Shown here: positions 39,918 to 50,715 of the stretch, one piece after another
How the letters are laid out: each line of letters starts with the position of its first letter
Position numbering within the stretch: position 1 is the first letter of the stretch
The notes under the pieces: model-generated
The model's input: only the letters and a program-made list of their open reading frames with translations
Database searches by the model: none
Told to the model about the DNA's origin: nothing
Assembly: GCA_963790475.1 (NCBI GenBank)
Contig: CAWBOS010000015.1
Span: forward strand, 448,001-512,000
Length of the DNA: 64,000 nt
Source of the DNA: an uncultured delta proteobacterium
Lineage (GTDB): Bacteria > Desulfobacterota > RBG-13-43-22
Reading direction: 5' to 3'
Translations under genes and position numbers: made by a program

Positions 39918-40637
39918 GGTGATGATCTCAGGTCGGGATGATTTCCTCAAGGCCTGCTTATTTCTAAATCGGTATTACCGGGAAATCGATAAAGGAAGCC
40001 TGTCCGATTGATAAAATGTCCTTGGGACAAGATGAAAGGGGCAAGGGGAAAGGGGAAACCTATGCTTTATAGGCCGTTGATAGAATTTGCCCCGATCTAA
40101 GAGCAAAAGGTATATTAACTGTAATGTTGTTTTTCAATTTTGGCTCTTTATACAACATTACAAACGATAATCAATTTTTATAGTCCAGACCCGAAAAATC
40201 CCTTTTTCTTCAGAAGACCCCCTTAATCTCCTTGTCCTTCGCCCTGTTTTTCGCCTTGATTCTGTCTTTTTCTTGTCTTATACTCGTTCCATTGAAAAGA
40301 AAGTTCAATATCTCACGGGATTGAACAAAAAGATTTTCTCAGCGACCTTTGCACCTTGTAGTGAACATTAACTCTCTTTCCATATAACTAATATTTTGCC
40401 TTTCTTCGTTATTTGTGAAGTTAACATTTCCTTACATTTTGAAGTAAGTTGCCTGGCCAAAAGGCTGGTCGAAGTGATAGCTGAGCAGATATTCCTTTTT
40501 CTGAATGGTTAAATAACCAGTCCTTATTTTTTTTAATAAGAAATCTGCTTTAAAGAAAATAAAAGGGAGAGAGGGTCAAGGACAAGCCTGACCCCTTCGC
40601 TAATACCCCATTTATTTAAACGAAGAGGAGTTTTTCC

Positions 40638-41975
40638 ATGAAAGATGAGGGAAAAACAAATAAACAGATTGTTGATGAGCCTATTTCATCACGCAAGCAG
40701 ATCGCCAAAATTGAAAAATCCACAGAAAAACTTAAGCAAGCCGAAGAAACCCTGAAGCAAAAGGAATTACTGTTTAACAAGTTTGTGGAGTCATCTCCGA
40801 TCGCCATGCTGTTGCTGGATGGCGTTCCTCCACAAATTAAATATACCAACACTAGGTTTGCCAGGCTTTTTGGATATTCCGCTGATGATATTCCTGATAT
40901 TGACCACTGGTGGTCACTGGCCTTTCCCGATCCTGCCTATCGTAAAGAGGTTAGGGCGGCGTGGAATAGAAAGTTTAAAGAAGTATCGATTACCCAATTT
41001 GAATATAAGCCGGTTGAAAGGGTTGTTACCTGCAAAGACGGCTCTCAGAAACACATTGAATTCCGGACGGTTTCTATTGGGACGACCTATCTCTCCTTTG
41101 GGATAGATATTACCGAACGCAAGCGGGCGGAAGAGGAGTCCAAGGAGAAAGAAGAACGCTTCAATGCCCTGTTCAACCGCTCGTTTGACTGCGTATATAT
41201 CCATGATTTTAACGGTCATCTATTGGACGCCAATCCTGCCCTCCTAGATCTTCTGGAATATAAAAGGGAAGAGGCGGCTTCCATGAATCTTGGAGCTCTA
41301 ATCGACAAGAAACAGCGCGAAAAGGCGCTTAAAGTCATTAAAGAGCTAAAGCAGACAGGTTCTCAACGACCGTTGACTGAATATCAATTAAGATGCAAAG
41401 ACGGCAAACAGGTCTATATGGAAACAAAAGCCTCCGTTATTTACAGGGATAACAAACCCTATGCGATCCTGGGTATCGGTCGTGACATCACAGAGCGAAA
41501 AAAGGCCGAAGCATTATTGAGAAAAAAGACAAAGGCACTGCAGCTGCATTCGATTAAGCTCCATGAACTCAACACCACACTAAAGGTGCTCTTGAAGCAA
41601 CGGGAGGAAGACAAGAGGGAATTGGAAGAGAAGGTCATGGCAAACGTCAAGGAACTTCTTCTGCCCTATCTGGAGGAACTGAACAAAGGCCGACTGGATT
41701 CCAAGAGTAAAGTGCAGGTCAGCATTCTTGAAACAAATCTGAAGAATATCGTCTCCCCCTTCACACATAGGCTATCCTCCAAGTACTCGGGGTTTACCCC
41801 CCGAGAGATACAGGTCGCCAATCTCATCAGACAGGAGAAATCCACCAAGGAGATCGCCGAATACATGGGGGTCTCCCGGAGTGCCATCAACCTTTACCGG
41901 AATAACATCCGGAGAAAACTGGGTATCATTTCCAAGAAGATCAACCTCAAATCTCACCTGATGTCCCTTTCATAA
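40638..41975 (+). CDS. PAS-PAS-LuxR-type HTH regulator
   Basis: Two PAS/PAC domains ending DITER; FTPREIQVA..STKEIA..RNNIRRKLG. Confidence 0.9.
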   Translation: MKDEGKTNKQIVDEPISSRKQIAKIEKSTEKLKQAEETLKQKELLFNKFVESSPIAMLLLDGVPPQIKYTNTRFARLFGYSADDIPDIDHWWSLAFPDPAYRKEVRAAWNRKFKEVSITQFEYKPVERVVTCKDGSQKHIEFRTVSIGTTYLSFGIDITERKRAEEESKEKEERFNALFNRSFDCVYIHDFNGHLLDANPALLDLLEYKREEAASMNLGALIDKKQREKALKVIKELKQTGSQRPLTEYQLRCKDGKQVYMETKASVIYRDNKPYAILGIGRDITERKKAEALLRKKTKALQLHSIKLHELNTTLKVLLKQREEDKRELEEKVMANVKELLLPYLEELNKGRLDSKSKVQVSILETNLKNIVSPFTHRLSSKYSGFTPREIQVANLIRQEKSTKEIAEYMGVSRSAINLYRNNIRRKLGIISKKINLKSHLMSLS

Positions 41976-42084
41976 TATCAGTTATTTACTGATATTATTA
42001 TGGTAATAATTTGTTAATATTATTTTCAGGCAAACCCCGTCCTAGAGCTCCTCTGAACATGAATTTCATTTAAACCAGTATAAT

Positions 42085-42314
42085 CGTCGGAATTTTTTAC
42101 ATAATCAAAACTCCCCCAAATTCTGCCCACAATCCTTTGTTCCACAGCGAAATCACACGATATTTTCTTGTGTGACTATTCCTTTGCCTTGTAATGTCCA
42201 GTTTTGTTGTCGGATTACTTTACAGATTCAGAACTTTTTATTATGCCTATATTTATAATTATATAATATTTACTAGTAGTTGTGTTTTTGGTCTGGTATT
42301 GGTCTGGTAAATGC
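42085..42314 (+). promoter_or_regulatory. sigma54 promoter with upstream enhancer (PEP-box-like) sites
   Basis: TGT-N11-ACA at 42208-42224, near-match at 42085-42101, AT-rich spacer, TGG-N10-GC at 42300-42314. Confidence 0.65.
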
Positions 42315-42434
42315 ATAAAATAATGGACAGTTGGGTTAGTGACTATGACCGCTAGGGGAAAGGATTTTTTACCCAGGAAACGATGTTGGTATTAAAAATT
42401 TAGCAAAAAGAAAAAATAAAAATATAGGAGGAGG

Positions 42435-42491
42435 TGTTGGGTTGGCAGGGGTTAGGAGAAAGTTTAAGAAATAAACCCGGCCCAACGGGTT
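42435..42491 (+). repeat. Orphan copy of the PEP-CTERM gene 3' end
   Basis: 57 bp with 3 mismatches to 43387-43443; encodes VGLAGVRRKFKK-stop. Confidence 0.85.
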
Positions 42492-42553
42492 AAACGATTA
42501 GAATGAAGAATGCATTAAATTGAATTAAATTATATTTTATTGGAGGTATTGCT

Positions 42554-43426
42554 ATGAAGAAGATGTGTTTCGTTGTTATGTTCGTGTGTGCCCTGGTCAT
42601 TCCATCCCTTGCGGGCGCTGTGACGATCAACTACGGGAACCAGACGCTCTCGACAGATTTCACCGCGAGCCACTTCAATGACGTCTGGAACTTGATGGGG
42701 GGTGACCTCACCCTGTCCTACAGGATCGATCTCACTGGGATCCAGGCGTCAGCACTACAAGGATGGAGCAACTGGACCGAGGTTGGCCTGCGTGAAGTTG
42801 GGGCAGGCGACTTTAACCCGGGACCTTTCAACACTTACCAGGGTGGTGCAGGAGGGTGGATGGTGTCGCACGTCGATAGCGTCACGTCGAACAATGCACT
42901 TTTAAACGATAATGACAGCAATGGCTTACAAGCATCAGGCGGCCGCGACCAGAATGACTATGACGCTTTGGTTCCCAACGCCGTTGTCACGCCTTTTGGC
43001 ACTACGAACAACTATGGTATGTGGTTCGACCGGGACGGGATGGACCAGTGGCAGGTAACATACTGGGGTTCGATCGACAAAGGGACATACAACACCGGGG
43101 GCATCTACGATATCGTGATCTCCTATCACGCCATTAACGCCGGCCTGGGCACAATGTTTGCCACGGTGAATGGCGTTCCGACCGGGTTCTACACCGCAGG
43201 TTGGAAGAACGCCCCGCCGGAGATTTATCCAGCCGGTTTGAGCTTCAAGGGCGACATGGCGCAGATGCAAGTGTTTGCGGGGCTTGCGAGCAATTATGAG
43301 GGTGGCAGCGTGGCGCTCTCGAACATCACGGTGACCGGAACCCAGGTTCCCGAACCGGCCACCATGCTCCTTCTTGGCCTTGGCCTTGTTGGGTTGGCTG
43401 GGGTTAGGAGAAAGTTTAAGAAATAA
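42554..43426 (+). CDS. PEP-CTERM surface protein
   Basis: Signal peptide, Asn/Gly/Thr-rich body, VPEPATMLLLGLGLVGLAGVRRKFKK tail. Confidence 0.93.
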   Translation: MKKMCFVVMFVCALVIPSLAGAVTINYGNQTLSTDFTASHFNDVWNLMGGDLTLSYRIDLTGIQASALQGWSNWTEVGLREVGAGDFNPGPFNTYQGGAGGWMVSHVDSVTSNNALLNDNDSNGLQASGGRDQNDYDALVPNAVVTPFGTTNNYGMWFDRDGMDQWQVTYWGSIDKGTYNTGGIYDIVISYHAINAGLGTMFATVNGVPTGFYTAGWKNAPPEIYPAGLSFKGDMAQMQVFAGLASNYEGGSVALSNITVTGTQVPEPATMLLLGLGLVGLAGVRRKFKK

Positions 43427-43474
43427 ACCCGGCTTAACGGGTTTCTAAAACCGTGGTTCTTACCATGAGAGAGG

Positions 43475-43508
43475 AAGGCAGGGTTCAGAAATGGCCCTGC
43501 TTTTTTTA
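43475..43508 (+). terminator. Intrinsic terminator after the PEP-CTERM gene
   Basis: GCAGGG/CCCTGC stem followed by a T-run. Confidence 0.65.
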
Positions 43509-43687
43509 TGCACATTACGAACCGAAATCCTTAAATTTCCGAATCATTCCAGAACAAGAGTAATAGAAACACTTATTCAAGGAAGTGCCTTTGGGGGCGA
43601 GGATGTCAGCTTAAAAATGAACTGGGACTCCCTGCCCCTAATACCAATAACTTCTTTAAACCTTTGATTCTGCGAAACCCCGTCTCT

Positions 43688-45421
43688 TTATCCCTTCCCG
43701 GGTATTACCGGTAAATCAATATAGGAGGCCTGCCCCGGTTGATGAAATATGGTCTGCATAGCCGGTATACCGAAGGCATCTTCTCCGAACGGATTTCCGG
43801 TATTCATATTGCGGTCGAACCTGGGGAAGTTGCTGCTGGTAATATCGATCCGGAGGCGATGTCCCCTGGCGAAGACATTGCTGGTGGAGGCCAGATCAAT
43901 TTTATATTCATTAACTTCACCCGGGATCAGCGGTTGAGGATTGAGAATGGATTTTCGGTACCTGGCCCGAATAGCCCCTTCGGCCACATTGACGGCCAGC
44001 CCGTTGGGATACACATCCACCAGTTTTACAAAAAAATCCGTGTCCACCGTTGAGGTGGAGGCAAAAAGGTGAAGCTTTAACGGCCCGGTGATCTCCAGTT
44101 CCTCGTTTAACTCCGGTGTGGTGTAGCACAACACATCGTTTCGTTTCTCGACAATGGTTTGGTCCTGCGGCCCTGCGGCCTGGTTGAGGTCCGGGTTCAA
44201 CCGGCCGCCCCGGGTCGGTACCGGATCAAGGGGATTATAGACAAAAATGTCCGGGGATTCCCGGCCCGGTTCTTCCCGGCTTAAAACCCCGTCACCAGCG
44301 GCGGTGTTGGCATGGCCGCGGCTGTGAAGAAAAAAACGCTGCCACTGGGTTTCCGGTAAGGGCCAGGTTTCGGCATTTTTCCACCTGTTCCTCCCCATGA
44401 CAAAATAGCGGATGGGGACCAGATATTTGCTGTCAATGCCCTTTAAGTATTTATCGAAAAAGGCGATATGCCGTTCGATCATAAAGGCCCCCGCGCCGGA
44501 GCCGTAGGCACCGAAATTGAGCGCCCCGATAAAATTCCGAAGCCTCGATCCATGGACCCAGGGGCCCATGATCATATGCTGTCCTTCCCGGGCCAGGGGC
44601 GAGCCTCCTTTTTTCTTCATCTTGAAAAAATTGAGGAAGATGTGGGCCACACTCATATCATACCAGCCGGCGGACTGCAGGCAGGGGACTTTTATTTGCT
44701 CATAGGCCCAGAGGAGTTCCTCTTCGGATTTTTTCCCTTTCAGAAAATCATCGCTGAATCGCCGCAGGAATCCTTCCTGCAGACCTTCAAACTTGAAGTA
44801 GGGTATATCTTTCAGGGGCAGGAAGTTGCAGACCTCTTCAAAATGACTCATGGCGTATCTGACATTCTCCAGCATCTTGGAAACGTCTTTCCCCTGTCCG
44901 GCCATCTTGCCGATCATATCCAAGGCCATGGTGGCGAACCAGCTTATGCCCGTTTCCAGCTCCTTGACCCCGCTCATTCCCGATTCGCTCACCCAGCCCG
45001 CCCCGATGACATGGGGCGCGATGGCCTTTAAATGAGGAGGCGCTTCCATGGCCGCGTCCCACTGGTTCCGGCCGAGATAGGAGGCTCCGACCATACCCAC
45101 GTTCCCATCACACCAGGGCTCGGCGGCAATATTTTCTACAGTGTCATACCCGTCTTGTCCCTCCGACCTGCCGATAAAAAATTCACCTTCCGAGGCAAAT
45201 CTCCCCCGGGTATCTTGAATAATCATGGCGTATCCGGCAAAGGCCGCTTCCACCGGGGATAGAAAATCACTGGGAGCGGAAGGGATCTTATTGTAAGGGG
45301 TTCGAACGACAATAGCGGGATGTCTTTCTCTATCATCCGGTCGGTAAACATCCGCCTTTAATGTTATACCATCCCTCATTTTCATGGGAATATCCCGGTC
45401 AACACGAATGGATTGGCTCAT
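43688..45421 (-). CDS. CocE/NonD-family hydrolase
   Basis: MRDGITL, RTPY, DTRGRFASEG, GASYLG, GWYD, GPWVH. Confidence 0.93.
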   Translation of the reverse strand: MSQSIRVDRDIPMKMRDGITLKADVYRPDDRERHPAIVVRTPYNKIPSAPSDFLSPVEAAFAGYAMIIQDTRGRFASEGEFFIGRSEGQDGYDTVENIAAEPWCDGNVGMVGASYLGRNQWDAAMEAPPHLKAIAPHVIGAGWVSESGMSGVKELETGISWFATMALDMIGKMAGQGKDVSKMLENVRYAMSHFEEVCNFLPLKDIPYFKFEGLQEGFLRRFSDDFLKGKKSEEELLWAYEQIKVPCLQSAGWYDMSVAHIFLNFFKMKKKGGSPLAREGQHMIMGPWVHGSRLRNFIGALNFGAYGSGAGAFMIERHIAFFDKYLKGIDSKYLVPIRYFVMGRNRWKNAETWPLPETQWQRFFLHSRGHANTAAGDGVLSREEPGRESPDIFVYNPLDPVPTRGGRLNPDLNQAAGPQDQTIVEKRNDVLCYTTPELNEELEITGPLKLHLFASTSTVDTDFFVKLVDVYPNGLAVNVAEGAIRARYRKSILNPQPLIPGEVNEYKIDLASTSNVFARGHRLRIDITSSNFPRFDRNMNTGNPFGEDAFGIPAMQTIFHQPGQASYIDLPVIPGKG

Positions 45422-45431
45422 CGATTCCTCC

Positions 45432-47915
45432 TTATTTAGAAACAGGTAAAGACTTGACCACAGATAAACTATGAATAACCGAGTCAGGCAAATTAAAAAT
45501 TGACCTTAAAACTAGTTCCGGCCGGATTTCACCTTCCGGACGGGACTCCAGGGTCCAGGTTGCCCTTAACGACCCGTTCGTTTCCGTGCATAACGACAAA
45601 TCCCGGATCAAGGCCCTCAGATCCAAAGACTCTGCTTTTTTACCCGGCTTATCCACCAGCCATTGGCTGGAAGATAGAAAGGCCTCCACCTTTTCCTGAT
45701 CTGGAAGTGTATTATCCATTTCCACCTGATAGTGATGAATCTGGTTTTGGGGCATGGGGCTGTTCAGGGGAACTTCGGTTATCGATAGAATCCGGGTCCC
45801 GGGAAACAACTCCTCCGGCAGCTGGTTCCTGATTTGCTCGGCATTCATCCAATCCAAAATCTGGACATCGATCCATTCCCCCATACTGCTTAATCCCACC
45901 GGCAGTGCCTGTCCGAAAGAAAGACGGGGCATGGGATGAAACCCCTGAGAAAAGGCCAAGGGGAGTTTAACCCGTCGCAAAGAGCGGATGATGGCCTCTT
46001 TCCATTCCAGGTGACCTAAAAAGCGGGATGGGCCGGTTTTGTTTAAAAGCAGACGGAACTTTTTGACGGATTCCTTTGGATAAACTACATAGGAATGGTC
46101 CGAAGCGAGGGTAAATTCTCTAAAGACCTGGGGCTCGACCTCTAAAGATGGGCAGACTCCGCACTGCTGGCATTCCCCCTGACGGCAATCGGGGGTGGCT
46201 TGTCCGGTCAGGGCTTTTTGATATTCATTCCAGAGATAATCCTTGTCCACACCGGTTCGGATAAAATCCCAGGGAAAAAGATGCTCCCGGTCCTGGGCCT
46301 GAAGCACTTTTTGCGGCTCCACCCCTTCCTCTTCCAGGGCCTTCTGCCAGAGTTCCCAGGAAAAATGTTCTCCCCAGGCGTCGAGAAAAACCCCTTTTCG
46401 GAAGGCATTAAAAATAACCCGTCCCAGGCTTCGATCCCCACGCGACAGAATTCCCTCCAGGAAACTCTGACGGGTATCATTCCATTTGACCTGGATGCGT
46501 TTACTGTTCAAGGCCGAGCGTAGGAAATTGAGCCGATTCAAAGACTCTCCCATAGACAGTTGAGACGCCCACTGAAAAGGGGTATGCGGTTTGGGAATGA
46601 AGGGGGAAAGGGCCACATGGATATCAAGACGCCCCCCTTTTCTGCGGACTGTTTTTTCGATCTTTTTAACCAGGAGGACCAGTCCTTCCAGGTCCTCCTG
46701 GGTTTCGGTAGGCAAACCGATCATAAAGTAGAGTTTCAACACCCTCCAGCCCAGAGAAAAAACTGTCTGGGCGGTTTGAAGGATTTCTTCTTCGGTGACG
46801 TTTTTGTTGATCACATCCCTTAACCGCTGGGTACCGGCTTCCGGGGCAATGGTGAAGCCGGTTTTCCGAACCCGCAGGATCTGCTCCATGACCTCGGCCT
46901 TCAAGGTATCCACCCGGAGGGAAGGCAAAGAAATGGCCACCTTTTCCCTCTCCCAGCGTTCCATCAAAGCCGGCAAAAGCCGGTCTAAACAGGTATAATC
47001 GCCACTGCTTAGAGAGAGCAGGGTGGCTTCGGCATATCCGCTTCGGCTTAAACCTTCTTCAAGCAGGGCATAGACCTTTTGCGGGTCTCTTTCGCGGACC
47101 GGGCGATAAATGATTCCGGCCTGGCAGAAGCGGCAGCCCCGGGTGCAGCCCCGGGCGATCTCCACGCTTAAACGATCATGGATGACTTGTTGAAAGGGCA
47201 GGGGGGAAACATCCGGATAGCCGGCCAGATTCAAGTCCGGGATAATCCTTTTTTGAATGTCCTTGATTTCATCGGTACCTCCTATATTTTTTGAATGAAG
47301 GGACGGGACATAAACCCCGGACAATTCGGCCAGCGAAGCCAATAAGGCCGGTCTGCTTTCAGCGGTATTTTTCCATTTCAAACTGAGGTCACAGATCTCC
47401 TGAATGACTTCCTCTCCATCCCCGATAACCAGGGCATCAAAGAATCCGGACATCGGTTCCGGATTAAAAGTGCAAGGTCCTCCGGCGATCACCACTGGGT
47501 CTCCATCGTTTCGATCCCGGCTCCAGACCGGGATCCCGCCCAGCGAAAGCATCTGCAGGACATTGGTATAACCCAGTTCATAAGGCAGGCTGAAGCCGAC
47601 CAGGTCGAATTCCTTTAAAGGCCGGCCTGATTCCAGAGAGGGCAGCAGAAAAGAATGTTCTTTAAGTAACTGGGCCATATCCGGGGCCGGGGTAAAGACC
47701 CGCTCGGCCCAGACTTCGGGGAGCTGATTCAAGATATGATACAAGATCTTCATCCCCAGATAAGACATGCCCACTTCGTACAAGTCGGGGAAGGCCAGGG
47801 CAAAATGAAGCTTGACCGTGTCCGGTTCTTTAACAACCGAAAAAAGTTCCTTCCCCAAATAACGACTGGGCCGGCGGACCCGGCCCAGATATTTTTCCAA
47901 CGGATGGTTCATCAT
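45432..47915 (-). CDS. TIGR03960-type radical SAM protein fused to a DUF2344 (TIGR03936) domain
   Basis: FPDLYEVGMS, RGCTRGCRFCQAG, FIPKPHTPFQW, then FSQGFHPMPRLSF. Confidence 0.9.
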   Translation of the reverse strand: MMNHPLEKYLGRVRRPSRYLGKELFSVVKEPDTVKLHFALAFPDLYEVGMSYLGMKILYHILNQLPEVWAERVFTPAPDMAQLLKEHSFLLPSLESGRPLKEFDLVGFSLPYELGYTNVLQMLSLGGIPVWSRDRNDGDPVVIAGGPCTFNPEPMSGFFDALVIGDGEEVIQEICDLSLKWKNTAESRPALLASLAELSGVYVPSLHSKNIGGTDEIKDIQKRIIPDLNLAGYPDVSPLPFQQVIHDRLSVEIARGCTRGCRFCQAGIIYRPVRERDPQKVYALLEEGLSRSGYAEATLLSLSSGDYTCLDRLLPALMERWEREKVAISLPSLRVDTLKAEVMEQILRVRKTGFTIAPEAGTQRLRDVINKNVTEEEILQTAQTVFSLGWRVLKLYFMIGLPTETQEDLEGLVLLVKKIEKTVRRKGGRLDIHVALSPFIPKPHTPFQWASQLSMGESLNRLNFLRSALNSKRIQVKWNDTRQSFLEGILSRGDRSLGRVIFNAFRKGVFLDAWGEHFSWELWQKALEEEGVEPQKVLQAQDREHLFPWDFIRTGVDKDYLWNEYQKALTGQATPDCRQGECQQCGVCPSLEVEPQVFREFTLASDHSYVVYPKESVKKFRLLLNKTGPSRFLGHLEWKEAIIRSLRRVKLPLAFSQGFHPMPRLSFGQALPVGLSSMGEWIDVQILDWMNAEQIRNQLPEELFPGTRILSITEVPLNSPMPQNQIHHYQVEMDNTLPDQEKVEAFLSSSQWLVDKPGKKAESLDLRALIRDLSLCTETNGSLRATWTLESRPEGEIRPELVLRSIFNLPDSVIHSLSVVKSLPVSK

Positions 47916-47982
47916 TAATCCTAAACTAAAAAAGGATAGGAGCCAGAAGCCCGGGGCCCGAAAGGGAATGAAACATTAAATA

Positions 47983-48127
47983 AGAGGCTTCTGCAAAAGT
48001 TCGTTTACGTCATTCCGGTCCCGCCTTCCCTGCGGGATAGACTCCAGCCGGAATCCAGTCTTTTCAATGCAATCTGGACACCGGCTTTCGCCGGTGAGAC
48101 GGAACTTGGGAGATTTGAAAGAAACTT
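47983..48127. repeat. REP/MITE-like element (GTCATTCCGG family)
   Basis: Shares CCGGAATCCAG...CTGGA.ACCGGCTTTCGCCGGT with 21327-21405 and, inverted, GCGGGATAGACTCCAGCCGGAATCCAG with 59333-59507. Confidence 0.7.
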
Positions 48128-48186
48128 ATAAATTAAGGCTTTCTTATGAATTCTGACCTCTTGGTTTCGGGCCTTGCTAAAAAAAG

Positions 48187-49794
48187 TTATTTCATCAACC
48201 CTTCTAATTTCATTTCTGTATTTTTCAGGAAGGTCTTAATCTCCTGTATCTTTTCTTTTTCCAGGTTGCCTGGTTCGCCTAACTGCCCATCGAAGGCCTG
48301 CAACCGGCCTTTTAACGAAGCCAGAAGGGTCAGGAGTTCTTCAGTCTCAGGAGTTTTTTCGGGCTCAGGAGATTTTTCGGCGGCCTTTTCCTTGAGGGGC
48401 AGCAAGGGAATGGTTTCCTGCCATTCCGGGACGATCACCTGAAAAGGAAAAGATTCCCGAATCACCTGGGCAAAAGCCAGACTGGTAGATTCCTCACCGT
48501 GAATGACAAAAACCGTCAGTTGCGGATTTTTAAAATTCCTGATCCAGGATAATAATTCATTCTGGTCGGCATGGGCGGAAAAGCCGCTGATGGTGTGCAC
48601 CTGGGCCCGGACCGCCACCTCTTCCTGAAAGATCCGGACTTTCTTGGCTCCCTCAACGATAGACCTGCCCAGGGTCCCTTCGGCCTGGAAGCCGGTAATG
48701 ATGATCTGGGCCCCGGGACGCCATAAATTGTGTTTCAGATGATGCTTGATTCTCCCCGCGTTACACATGCCGCTGGCGGCAATGATAATGGCCGCCCCTT
48801 TTTGCTGGTTGATGGCCATGGACTCTTCGGCGGTCCGGGAATATCTCAGATCGGCCATGGCCAAAGGGGTTTCCCCCTGGTCCAGGAGACGGGTCATCTC
48901 CTCATCAAAATATTCCGGAAATTTTTTGAAAATCTCGGTGGCCGAAATGGCCAGAGGGCTGTCCAAATAGACCGGGATGGAAGGGTACTGTCCGTTTTTT
49001 CGAAATTCGTGGAGGATATAGAGGATTTCCTGGGTCCGCTCTATGGCAAAAGCCGGGATAATGATTTTCTCTTGATTTTTGATTCCTTCCAGGATGGCCG
49101 ACAGGAGCTCGGCTTTGCTTTCTTCCAGGGATTTGTGCTGCCGGTTGCCATAGGTGGATTCCACAAATAGGAAATCGGCCTCCTCGATGATATCCGGGTC
49201 GGGGACGATTAATGATTCCTGGCGTCCGATATCCCCGGAAAAAACAGCCCGGCCTTTTGTGCCTCCCGGTTCTTTATAACGGATGTCCAGGAAAGAGGCC
49301 CCCAGGATATGACCGGCCGTATGAAAACAGATTTCCATATCAGGGCTGATCAGCAGACACTCGTCCGCATCGACCGGCTGGAAAAAATTCAGACTGCGTT
49401 CCGCCTCTTTGATGGTGTAAAGGGGTTCCACCGGTTTCTGGCCGGAGCGGGCATTCTTTCGGTTTTGCCATTCCGCTTCCATTTCCTGGATATGGGCGCT
49501 ATCCCGGAGCATGATTCGGCAGAGTTCGAAAGTGGCCATGGTGCAGATGATCTTGCCTTTGAATCCCTCCTTGACCACCTTGGGGATCAATCCTGAATGG
49601 TCCATATGGGCATGAGTCAGCAGGATATACTGGAGTGTTTCGGGGTGATACTTGGATATTAAACGGTTTCTCTTCTCGATGTCTTTTCCCCCTTGAAACA
49701 TACCGCAATCGACCAGAAATCGGCTGCTGCCGTGTTCTAATAAAAAACAGGAACCGGTTACGGTTCTGGTCCCCCCCCAAAAAGTGACTTGCAT
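48187..49794 (-). CDS. MBL-fold beta-CASP RNA-metabolising metallo-hydrolase
   Basis: VTGSC, VDCG, THAHMDH, GHILG, SGDIG, ESTYG, SAHAD. Confidence 0.92.
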   Translation of the reverse strand: MQVTFWGGTRTVTGSCFLLEHGSSRFLVDCGMFQGGKDIEKRNRLISKYHPETLQYILLTHAHMDHSGLIPKVVKEGFKGKIICTMATFELCRIMLRDSAHIQEMEAEWQNRKNARSGQKPVEPLYTIKEAERSLNFFQPVDADECLLISPDMEICFHTAGHILGASFLDIRYKEPGGTKGRAVFSGDIGRQESLIVPDPDIIEEADFLFVESTYGNRQHKSLEESKAELLSAILEGIKNQEKIIIPAFAIERTQEILYILHEFRKNGQYPSIPVYLDSPLAISATEIFKKFPEYFDEEMTRLLDQGETPLAMADLRYSRTAEESMAINQQKGAAIIIAASGMCNAGRIKHHLKHNLWRPGAQIIITGFQAEGTLGRSIVEGAKKVRIFQEEVAVRAQVHTISGFSAHADQNELLSWIRNFKNPQLTVFVIHGEESTSLAFAQVIRESFPFQVIVPEWQETIPLLPLKEKAAEKSPEPEKTPETEELLTLLASLKGRLQAFDGQLGEPGNLEKEKIQEIKTFLKNTEMKLEGLMK

Positions 49795-50006
49795 GGTAAA
49801 AAGACCTTTCCGATTTATTAACAAAAGGGTTTATGGATTTGAGGTATTAAAGGAGGTTCGGGTAAAAGTGGTCTGGAAAACAATTTGCTCTTAAACCTTG
49901 AACCCTTTAAGGAACCTAGGGTCTTGACAGTCCAGATCAAATAATATAAGCAGATGAGTAAGAATTCAATGAAAAAGTAAATCTTTCCTAAGCGAGGATT
50001 AGGCCT

Positions 50007-50684
50007 ATGGCTAAGGATTTAAAACCCGAACATCACGAACTTCAATATGTCATTGACGATCTGACTATCAAGGAATCCTGGCGGATGTTCCGAATCCTGG
50101 GTGAGTTCGTAGACGGCTTTGATACCTTGTCCCAAATTTACCCGGCGGTTTCCCTGTTCGGCTCGGCCCGGGTAAAACCCGGGGAGCCCTACTACGAACA
50201 GGCGGTGGAAATCGCCGGTCTTTTGGTCAAGAATGGGTTCAATGTCATTTCCGGGGGCGGCCCCGGAATCATGGAAGCGGCCAATAAGGGGGCGGCGGAA
50301 GCCGGAGGAAAATCCATCGGCCTGAATATCAAACTCCCTTACGAACAAAAACCTAACCCATTTGCCAATGTCCGGCTTGACTTCCGCTATTTCTTTATCC
50401 GCAAGGTCATGTTTGTTAAATATTCCGTGGCCTATGTCATCCTTCCGGGCGGGTTCGGGACCCTCGATGAATTCTCGGAGGCCATTACCCTCATTCAAAC
50501 CCATAGAATTAAGCCCTTCCCGGTTATTTTGGTCAATCGGAGTTATTGGAAGGGATTGTTGGATTGGATGCGCAAGATGGTTTGCTCGGAATGTATGATC
50601 TCGCTGGAGGACATGGATATCATCCAGGTCATCGATGAACCGGAAGAGGTTGTAAGGGCCATTAAAAGAATAATCATCCTTTGA
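50007..50684 (+). CDS. LOG family protein (TIGR00730)
   Basis: FGSAR, GGGPGIMEA, PGGFGTLDE. Confidence 0.93.
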   Translation: MAKDLKPEHHELQYVIDDLTIKESWRMFRILGEFVDGFDTLSQIYPAVSLFGSARVKPGEPYYEQAVEIAGLLVKNGFNVISGGGPGIMEAANKGAAEAGGKSIGLNIKLPYEQKPNPFANVRLDFRYFFIRKVMFVKYSVAYVILPGGFGTLDEFSEAITLIQTHRIKPFPVILVNRSYWKGLLDWMRKMVCSECMISLEDMDIIQVIDEPEEVVRAIKRIIIL

Positions 50685-50715
50685 AATGTCCAAGTGGCGA
50701 GGCTTTCGAGGAAAA

